A stretch of 64,000 nucleotides of DNA, from positions 4,832,001 to 4,896,000 of the forward strand of contig JASGJH010000001.1 of the NCBI GenBank assembly GCA_047601445.1, read 5' to 3'. Origin of the DNA: Myxococcales bacterium (lineage in GTDB: Bacteria > Myxococcota_A > Polyangia > Polyangiales > DASUME01). The position numbers and the translations under genes are program-made. Shown here in pieces: positions 56,866 through 64,000 of this stretch; positions within the stretch are counted from its first letter, which is position 1; each line of letters starts with the position of its first letter. The notes under the pieces are model-generated. The model was not told the DNA's origin. It worked only from the letters and a program-made list of their open reading frames with translations, and did not search any database.

Positions 56866-58929
56866 TCAGCTGCCGCCGAGGAGCTGCGCCGCGAGCTGGG
56901 CCACGTCCTCGGGCAGCTCCTTGTTCTGCGTGAGCGGTTCGAGCAGGGGTTTGAGCTCCGCCTGAGGCAAGCCGAGGTTACCGAGCTGCCCGAGCGCCTC
57001 GCGAAGCGACATGCTGTCAGCGCTGCGCACCGCGCTGATGAGGATTTGCTTGCTCGACTCGGGGGGCAACATGCCGACGATCTGCACGGCTGCGAGTCGA
57101 GCCTGGGAATTGTTGCCCTGCGCGAGCGCTTCGGCGATGGGGCGGGCACGGTTCGGGTCCGCGTTGGCCAGCACCTGCAGCGCCTGGCCCGAGACATCGT
57201 TGCCCGCGCGAGCCATCTCCTCGATACGCGAAAGCGCCTTCGGCGAAGCCAGGTTCGAGAGGGCGTAAGTGGCCTGGATGGCGACGTTGGCATCGCTGTC
57301 GCGGGTGGCGTCGAGTAGCACAGCCTCGGTGTCCGAATGACCTCCCTCGAGGAAGGCCCCCACCGCATGGGCGCGTACTTCGGGGCTCTCGTCTTTCAGG
57401 GCGCGCTGCAGGTACTCGTGCGCGCTGGGATCACCGCTCTGAACCAGGGCACCGAGAGCACTGGCGCGCTGCGTGGGAGTGCCACCGCTCCTTGCGAGCT
57501 CCTGCAGGACCGCGATGTTTTCGGGGTCCTTCCGCTGACCGAGCCAGTTGAGCGCCTGCTGCGAGAGCTGCGGATCGGAACCGCGCGCGGCCACCAGCAA
57601 CGCAGCCTGGGCCTCGGGGGAGTCGTCGCCACCGATGAGCTCGATGAGCTGCTGGCCACGCGCGCCCGGGCCCGCCTTGAGCTGAGCCAGCGCCATGCGT
57701 CGCGCCACGTCCATCCCGCCGGGCATGCCGGAGAGCACCTGCAGGGCCGCCTGGCCAGCTTGGTTGGAGCCGGAAGCGAGCTCCTCGATGGTCCTGCGCG
57801 CAGTGTCACCGCCGATGCGCCCTAACGCGTGCACGACGTTCCAAGTGAACGGGCCTCCACGCTTAGCCAGCTCGGCCAACGCGGGCACCGCGGAGTCGAT
57901 GCCGTGGTTGCCGAAGTATTCGACCGCCATGGTCACCTGGTTGGTGTTCGCGCTGCCGAGCGCGCTGGTCATGAGCGCGGTGATGGCGGGAGTCTCGCGC
58001 TGCGCCAGGGCCTGCAGCGCGGACATGGCGACCTGGGGACCGTAGTCTCCTTGAGCAGCTTCGAGCAAAACTTCGGAGGCGTCTTCGCTGTCGCTCCGCG
58101 CAAGGGACTGACAAGCGACGGCCGCCAAGCTCGGGTCGTCGCGAACGACCCCGATCAGGACGGCCTCGGCGCGCGCTCCCCCCAGCTCTCCCAGCGCGTT
58201 GATCGCCACGTACTGCAGCCTGCGAGGCCCGCTCTGCACGTAGCCCGACAAGAGACTCACCGCGCGCGGATCGTGAGTGGAGCCCAGAATGTTCAGCAAT
58301 TGATCGCGCAAGTTGGGGTTGGCGTTCTCGATGCCTTCCATGATGAGCGCGAAGGCCCTGGCGTCGCCCTCTACGGCCAGCGCGCGCAGCGCCGCGATGC
58401 GTATGTGCTCCGGTCCCGAACGAGCGGCGTCGATGACGGCGTCGCGCGCGCTCGTCGCCTCGAACTGCATGAGCGCGGTGAGGGCAACCTCGGCGATGCC
58501 CGAGAAGGAGTCGTCGATCAGCGCCGTAAGCGGCGCGATGGCGTCCTCGGCCTGGGTATCTCCGAGCGCGATGGTGGCGCACATGCGCACGTCGATCATG
58601 TGCTCGGGCTCGGCGTAACTCGCGATGTGATCCACGGCCACCGAGTCCACGCTGGGGCTACGCGCCAACCGCTTGAGCGCTGCACAGCGCGACTCGGGGC
58701 TGCGCGCGTGATCGACTGCCGCGCTCAAGCGAGCCAAATCAGAGCGCCCGTTTCCCGAGCGCTCCCCGAACCAGGAGGCCGCGGCGTCGCTGCCCACGGC
58801 ATCGCCGGGTGGGGCGTCCTTGCGCAACACGGCGCTCGCCGACGGCGCCCTCAACATCAGCGTGGCACACGCGCCAAGTGCCCCGAGCGCCACGGTTTTC
58901 CAGATCCTCAGCGCGGTACGGTCGTGCAT
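56866..58929 (-). CDS. HEAT-repeat protein with N-terminal signal or anchor
   Basis: Repeated 'VR..A..ALG' and 'D...EVR..A' helical units; GAGGAG RBS. Confidence 0.85.
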   Translation of the reverse strand: MHDRTALRIWKTVALGALGACATLMLRAPSASAVLRKDAPPGDAVGSDAAASWFGERSGNGRSDLARLSAAVDHARSPESRCAALKRLARSPSVDSVAVDHIASYAEPEHMIDVRMCATIALGDTQAEDAIAPLTALIDDSFSGIAEVALTALMQFEATSARDAVIDAARSGPEHIRIAALRALAVEGDARAFALIMEGIENANPNLRDQLLNILGSTHDPRAVSLLSGYVQSGPRRLQYVAINALGELGGARAEAVLIGVVRDDPSLAAVACQSLARSDSEDASEVLLEAAQGDYGPQVAMSALQALAQRETPAITALMTSALGSANTNQVTMAVEYFGNHGIDSAVPALAELAKRGGPFTWNVVHALGRIGGDTARRTIEELASGSNQAGQAALQVLSGMPGGMDVARRMALAQLKAGPGARGQQLIELIGGDDSPEAQAALLVAARGSDPQLSQQALNWLGQRKDPENIAVLQELARSGGTPTQRASALGALVQSGDPSAHEYLQRALKDESPEVRAHAVGAFLEGGHSDTEAVLLDATRDSDANVAIQATYALSNLASPKALSRIEEMARAGNDVSGQALQVLANADPNRARPIAEALAQGNNSQARLAAVQIVGMLPPESSKQILISAVRSADSMSLREALGQLGNLGLPQAELKPLLEPLTQNKELPEDVAQLAAQLLGGS

Positions 58930-59186
58930 GGCGAGCCTCTCCTCGGGCCGCGCGGGACCCGGTGAGAGTACAGACTGTCGAGCGCGCCGAAAGTTTCACG
59001 GCTCACCCGCTTGCGATTTCAAGCGGGGAGGTCACACGACCTCCCCGCCCGGCGCGGCAAAGCCGCGACGACCCACCCACCGCGGGGTTCGCTCCGCTCA
59101 CGGCGCCGGGGTCCACCCATCACGAGGGTCGCTCCGCTCAGGGGTGTGCCCGGCGACGCCCCCCGCAAGCGCCTCGTACGCTGGCC

Positions 59187-59837
59187 TCAGCGTTTGGCGA
59201 TGGAGCACACGAGGCGCACCTCGCGCCGCGTCTTGCGGCGATGCTGGATGGCCACCCCCAGGTCGGCCTCCTCGGAGACACCTCGGGCGCGCATGGCCCC
59301 GGGCGCCCCGCCCAACGTCACCATGTACTCCTGAGGCTCGTGCTGCCGCAGCTCTTGCGCGCAGTGCACGCCCAGGAGCGGCACATCGAGGGCCTGCGCG
59401 ATGGCCTTGCACTTCTCCATGGCGCGCTGCGTCGCGCGCGCCAGCAGGCGTGCTTCGGTGGCTTCGTCGTCCGGATAACGCCAGGTGAGTCGGTCCAGGC
59501 TCGCCTGTGTCGCCGCAGCCACCGCCCCCAGCACCCCTGGCAGACGCTCGAGATCCTCCACGCGGACGCGCAGCTGGTAGAACGCCGAGGAGCTCTTGCC
59601 CAGGAACCCGCTGCGTACCTCGGCGCGCACCGACTCGAGATCGATGGAGCTCTCCGGGATGCCCAACTGCACCAGCGCCTGCACCAAGCTCGAGACTTCC
59701 TTGGCCTTGCTCAGCGCCGCTCGCCCCGTGAAGGTGGAGCTGCCGTGGATGGACACGAACACATCCACCTGATGCGCTGTTAGATCCTCCTCGTAGTCAC
59801 CGACGACTTCGAGGGTACTCCGCTGAGATTCGTCCAT
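59187..59837 (-). CDS. SIMPL (DUF541)-like protein
   Basis: Pattern 'LVQLGIPESSI', 'LARATQRAMEK..AIAQAL...LLGV', terminal 'V.LV'. Confidence 0.7.
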   Translation of the reverse strand: MDESQRSTLEVVGDYEEDLTAHQVDVFVSIHGSSTFTGRAALSKAKEVSSLVQALVQLGIPESSIDLESVRAEVRSGFLGKSSSAFYQLRVRVEDLERLPGVLGAVAAATQASLDRLTWRYPDDEATEARLLARATQRAMEKCKAIAQALDVPLLGVHCAQELRQHEPQEYMVTLGGAPGAMRARGVSEEADLGVAIQHRRKTRREVRLVCSIAKR

Positions 59838-59849
59838 GCTTGCTCCCGC

Positions 59850-62345
59850 TCACGACGACGCCCTCTCCAAGGTCGCACTGGCGTCGTTCGCTGCCAAGCA
59901 CACCATGAGCTCGTGGGCCGAGGGGCGCAGCTCGGGGCTGGTCTCGAGGCATTGCTCGATCAAGGACACCACGTCGGGCGCGAGCGAGGGGCACAGCGAG
60001 CCGAGAGGCCGCAACGGCGGAATCTCGCGCTGGGACATGCGGACCACCGCCACCGGCTCCGGATAGGGCGCGGTGCGGGTCAAGAGCTCGTAGGCCATCA
60101 CGCCGAAGCTGAAGATGTCGACCGCGGGGGTGGTGAAGCGCGCGCCGTCGGCCAGCTCGGGGGCCATGTAGCGTGGGGTTCCGATGAGCATGCCGGTCTG
60201 GGTGAGGCCCGAAGAAGACGTGCTGGTGAACGACGCCGTGCGCCCGGTTGGGCTGGTGGGACTGGTGTTGCTGGTATTGAGGCTGGTGCTGCCGCTAGTG
60301 CTCAGGCTGGTGCTGCCGCTCGCGGCCTTGACCAGCGCGTTCTCCACCTCGGCCACGGTGATCTCGGCGCTCTCGCGCTCGCGGGGCGGCGCGCTGCGTG
60401 GGGCCGGCATGCTGCTCTGGTTGCGGCGCGCAGGCTGACGGGTCTGGTCGAGATCGCTGAGCTCGATGGCGTGGGCCTCCGCCCTTAGTTTCTCCGCCAG
60501 GTCGAGCGCCCGCGAAGCGCTGCGCGGCGCACTGCTCGCGCTGACCTCGGCGGCGTCGGGTCCGCCCACGCTCGAGACCCCAAAGTCGGTGATCTTCGCG
60601 CACGGGTTCTGGGTGTCGGCGTCTCCCACGATCAACACGTTCGCAGGCTTGAGATCGCGGTGCACCACGCCCGAGGCGTGGATGGCGGTGAGTCCTTCCG
60701 AAACCTGGCGCAGGATGCTCATGGCCCACGGCACGTCGCCGTAGCGCTGGTCGTGCTCGCGCAGACTGGTGCCCGGCACGAGCTCCATGATCAGGTAAAG
60801 GAAGCCGGTGGGGGCCACATCGACGTCCACCAGGGCCACCACGTTGGGGTGCCGCAGGGTGCCCGCGATCTGGGCCTCGCGCGAGAAGCGTGCAAGCTCG
60901 GCCATGCCGTCCGGACGCGCCAGCACCTTGAGGGCCAGACGCATGCCATCCACCAAACGCTCCACCTCGTAGACGCGCCCCATGCCGCCCGAGCCGATGG
61001 CGCGGATGACGCGGTAGCGCTCGTCCACGAGGGTGCCCTCGCTGAGCTGCAGCGGCTCCGCCAGGGCGCCCGCGGCCAGTCGCGTGAGGGCCTGGGCCAG
61101 CTGCTCGGAGCGCGCCGCCATCTGGCGATAGAGCTCCTCGTTCAAGCGGGCCACCTCCTGGTGCTGCTGCTCCAGGAGCCCGATACGCTCGGCGAGCTGA
61201 TGGGCCAGGTCTTCGGCCTGGCGCACGTAGGACACGTGCTCGGCCCCGAGCACCACCGACTGCAGCGCCGCGATGAACATGATGCCCACGCAGCCGCCCT
61301 GGAGTCCGCCCAGGATCTCACCGAAGCCGAGCCACGAGATCATGTCGGGCGCGGAAAGGAGCCCGAGACCCGCCCAGGACAAGAACAGCGCCCCGGCCCG
61401 GTACGAGCGCTGAGTGCGCCACAAGCGAGCCGTGAGCCACATCTGGTACAGCACGTTGACCGCCAGCGACAACACGATCGGCGGGCCTGCGAAGCGCGTG
61501 AGCGAGAAGCGGCCGGCGCCCGCGAAGGTGACGGCGATCACGCCCACCAGCATCACGTCGATCCAGCGCGGCGGGCGATCCAGCTTGAACTGCGCGTGGG
61601 CGAACTGGACGCTGGCCCAGAGCGCGATGGGCAGCCCCAACGCCAAAATGAGCTGCTCGGCCTCTCCGAACAGCAGGAGCGCGCTGCCGTCGAACACCGA
61701 CGGATACGACGCGCCCGCGAAGGCCTCGAGGGCCAGCCAGCCGTAGGTCGCCTGGCGCCGATCGAGGAAGAACAACAGCGCGTAGAACAGGAACAACACG
61801 GAGATGGTGGCCTGCGCCAGCATCGCGGTGCCTTGGTTCCAGATCTGCACCGAGCGCGTCCAGGTGTCACCGCCGCGCGAGACGCTCAGGCGTGGCGACG
61901 TGTCGATCCACGCGCTGCGCATCCAGGTGTGCTCGATGCGCAAGGCCAGGTCGATGCCGCTGCCATGGTTCCACTCGGCGGGGATGCGGAAGCGCTGTCC
62001 GCCCACCGCGCGATAGGCGTGCTCGTTCTCCACGTCGAGCAGCGCCGCCTCGTGGCTGCCGTCCACGAACAACTGGGAGGCGCCGAGGAACAACGGGAAG
62101 GCCAGGACCAGCGCCTTGTCGCGCATCTCCGGCGGCAACTCCACGCGCGTGCGGAGCCAATAGACGCAGTCGTGTTCGGGCAATTCGTTGGCCAGATTGG
62201 CAGGCAACTCCACGGTTGCCGGCGCCAGGCCCGACGGAGGTGCAAAGCTCCAGCGCGAGACCGTAATGACGTCCTCGTTGGCGCTGCACCCTACGCAAAA
62301 CAGCCACAGGCAGCACAAGAGCGCCGGCAGCCACCCGAATCTCAT
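59850..62345 (-). CDS. Membrane Ser/Thr kinase with periplasmic beta domain and multi-TM (7TM-DISM-like) sensor
   Basis: 'IGSGGMGRVY', 'LALK', 'HRDLKPAN', DFG, 'GTPRYMAPE'; about seven TMs and a coiled coil upstream. Confidence 0.92.
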   Translation of the reverse strand: MRFGWLPALLCCLWLFCVGCSANEDVITVSRWSFAPPSGLAPATVELPANLANELPEHDCVYWLRTRVELPPEMRDKALVLAFPLFLGASQLFVDGSHEAALLDVENEHAYRAVGGQRFRIPAEWNHGSGIDLALRIEHTWMRSAWIDTSPRLSVSRGGDTWTRSVQIWNQGTAMLAQATISVLFLFYALLFFLDRRQATYGWLALEAFAGASYPSVFDGSALLLFGEAEQLILALGLPIALWASVQFAHAQFKLDRPPRWIDVMLVGVIAVTFAGAGRFSLTRFAGPPIVLSLAVNVLYQMWLTARLWRTQRSYRAGALFLSWAGLGLLSAPDMISWLGFGEILGGLQGGCVGIMFIAALQSVVLGAEHVSYVRQAEDLAHQLAERIGLLEQQHQEVARLNEELYRQMAARSEQLAQALTRLAAGALAEPLQLSEGTLVDERYRVIRAIGSGGMGRVYEVERLVDGMRLALKVLARPDGMAELARFSREAQIAGTLRHPNVVALVDVDVAPTGFLYLIMELVPGTSLREHDQRYGDVPWAMSILRQVSEGLTAIHASGVVHRDLKPANVLIVGDADTQNPCAKITDFGVSSVGGPDAAEVSASSAPRSASRALDLAEKLRAEAHAIELSDLDQTRQPARRNQSSMPAPRSAPPRERESAEITVAEVENALVKAASGSTSLSTSGSTSLNTSNTSPTSPTGRTASFTSTSSSGLTQTGMLIGTPRYMAPELADGARFTTPAVDIFSFGVMAYELLTRTAPYPEPVAVVRMSQREIPPLRPLGSLCPSLAPDVVSLIEQCLETSPELRPSAHELMVCLAANDASATLERASS

Positions 62346-62590
62346 CTAGCTTGATTTTCCAGCGGGAACCTCACCTTCCGCAAGCGACAATGCGCCCAAA
62401 CACGGGTCATCCGCGGCCTTCCCTGGGGCAAGGAACGGCATGGTCATACAGGTCATACAGAGCCCTTTCGAGTGGGCTCTCAGGCCAATGACAGATCACA
62501 TGAGGACAACCGGTTGACCGATCGGGTCGGGGCATAGACTTCGAGAGCAGGAGGGCAGTAGAAGCCGAAGTACTCCGAGGTGAGCCCCCC

Positions 62591-63652
62591 GTGTACATCT
62601 TCGAACAAACCCTCTCGATCCGCTTGGTTTGGCCCCTTCTACGCCTGGCCGGCAATGACCCCTGGCTGACCGACCAACTCAGCCAAATGGGCATCGGGCT
62701 TCGGGAACTCGGCGACCCCGAGATGCGGGCCCCCCACCGCTCCCTGGTCCGCGTGCTCGAACAGGCCGTGGTCCGCTACGGCGACGCGAGCGTCGGGCTG
62801 CGGGCTGGCCGGGACTATCAGGTGGGCGATCTCGACTCCCTCGAGCAGGTGGCCAACACCGCGCCCACCCTGCGGGACGCCATCCAGTGCCTCACCCGGT
62901 TCCAGCGGCTGATGCACAGCGCGCTGTCGATGGAGCTCGAGGAGCGGGGCGACGTGGCCATGTGGCGGGTCCGCATCCACGAGCAGCCCCAGGTCGCTGC
63001 CGCGAACGACTACGCGCTCTCTCTGGCGGCCACCTTTGCCCGCGCGCATACCGGGATCCCGGAGCCCATCCTCGAGGTGCACGTCGATCACGAGCGCACG
63101 CCCTACGCCGAGGAGTACAACCGCACCTTCGGCGGGAGCGCTCGCTTCTCCATGCCGCACAACGCCCTCGTGTTCCGCCGCGGATACCTGGATGCCCCCA
63201 TGCGCCACGCCAACCCCGCCCTGCACGCGGCCTGCGAGCTCGCCGCGCGCGATCAGCTCCTGCGCGTCGCGCAGCGCTCGGGCGTGAGCGGCAAGGTGCG
63301 CGAGCTGGTGACCTCCCAGCTGCGCTCCGGCGATACCCGCATGTCCACGGTGGCCGAGAGCCTCGCCATGAGCGTGGCCACGCTACGTCGGCGACTCGAC
63401 GAGGAGGGCACGAGTCACACGGACATCCTGGACGAGGTCCGACACGAGCTCGCCAAGACGTATCTGCGTGATCCACGCCTGGCCATCAGCGAGATCGCCT
63501 TCATGCTCGGCTTCGCCCACGTGGCGGCTTTCTACAAGGCGTTCCGACGCTGGACCGGCGGCAGCACGCCGGCGAACTTCCGCGGCCGCACGCTACAGAG
63601 CTTCAAGCTCAGCCCAAGCGATCGCGATAGCTCTCATACCCATAGCGCCTGA
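62591..63652 (+). CDS. AraC-family transcriptional regulator
   Basis: 'TAPTLRDAI', 'MSVATLRRRL', 'ISEIAFMLGF....AFYKAFRRWTG'. Confidence 0.93.
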   Translation: MYIFEQTLSIRLVWPLLRLAGNDPWLTDQLSQMGIGLRELGDPEMRAPHRSLVRVLEQAVVRYGDASVGLRAGRDYQVGDLDSLEQVANTAPTLRDAIQCLTRFQRLMHSALSMELEERGDVAMWRVRIHEQPQVAAANDYALSLAATFARAHTGIPEPILEVHVDHERTPYAEEYNRTFGGSARFSMPHNALVFRRGYLDAPMRHANPALHAACELAARDQLLRVAQRSGVSGKVRELVTSQLRSGDTRMSTVAESLAMSVATLRRRLDEEGTSHTDILDEVRHELAKTYLRDPRLAISEIAFMLGFAHVAAFYKAFRRWTGGSTPANFRGRTLQSFKLSPSDRDSSHTHSA

Positions 63653-64000
63653 CCAGCTCGTAGCGCCCATCCGGGTGACGCAGCACGAGGCTCGGCAGGC
63701 GCACGCCGTTGAACGTGGTGGTCTTCACCATGGTGTAGTGGCTCATGTCGAGCAGCACGATGCGATCGCCTTCGCCCAGCGGTCGATCGAACGAGTAGTC
63801 GCCGATGACGTCGCCAGCCAGGCAGGTCAGGCCACCGAGCCGATAGGTGTGGGCCTTTTCGCCGGGCAGGCCCGCGCCGACCACGTCGGGACGATAGGGC
63901 ATCTCGAGCGTATCGGGCATGTGCGCGGTGGCGCTGGTGTCGAGGATGGCGATGGGCATGCCGTTGTTGACCACGTCGAGCACGGTGGCCACCAACACGC
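63609..64000 (-). CDS. nspC: Carboxynorspermidine decarboxylase, 3' part (runs off the window)
   Basis: 'AILDTS...HMPDTLEMPYRP', 'CLAGDVIGDYSF', 'HYTMVKTTTFNG'. Confidence 0.92.
   Translation of the reverse strand, partial: VLVATVLDVVNNGMPIAILDTSATAHMPDTLEMPYRPDVVGAGLPGEKAHTYRLGGLTCLAGDVIGDYSFDRPLGEGDRIVLLDMSHYTMVKTTTFNGVRLPSLVLRHPDGRYELVRRYGYESYRDRLG

Noticed and set aside
59080..59145. TCGCTCCGCTCA direct repeat in an intergenic region
   Set aside because: Only two short copies; it may be REP-like but the evidence is insufficient.
102..63476. Many long antisense and alternate-frame ORFs in the track (e.g. 13655-15475 -, 28082-29716 -, 7401-9365 -, 60660-62354 +)
   Set aside because: These are shadow ORFs expected in high-GC DNA; they overlap well-supported genes and have no motifs.
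63609..63652. 44-bp convergent overlap of the AraC gene and nspC
   Set aside because: Short 3' overlaps are common in GC-rich genomes.

Overview
GC-rich (by eye) bacterial window, very probably from a myxobacterium (Myxococcota). This is inferred from a MYXO-CTERM-type sorting tail, an AgmC-like N-terminus, a DUF1592/DUF1588 protein and two membrane Ser/Thr kinases. About 50 CDS are supported. They include a CzcCBA-type RND pump with czcA inverted, ilvD, a partial nspC, a BVMO/esterase/SDR/acyl-CoA ligase operon with a divergent TetR, and many secreted proteins and lipoproteins. Two regions stand out. (1) 35.0-40.1 kb is a peptide export locus: a 63-aa double-glycine precursor with a 43-aa core that looks like a duplicated amphipathic beta-hairpin, followed by two membrane-fusion proteins and a C39-peptidase ABC transporter, with no modifying enzyme or immunity gene. 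(2) 21.44-23.35 kb is a decayed IS5-family element with 20-bp terminal inverted repeats, inserted at the yciI stop codon; most of its transposase is replaced by a short signal-peptide RHS core/toxin-like gene. Two genes carry single-base frameshifts that may be sequencing errors. No rRNA, tRNA or CRISPR array was recognised. All product calls come from motif recognition by eye; no database search was run.
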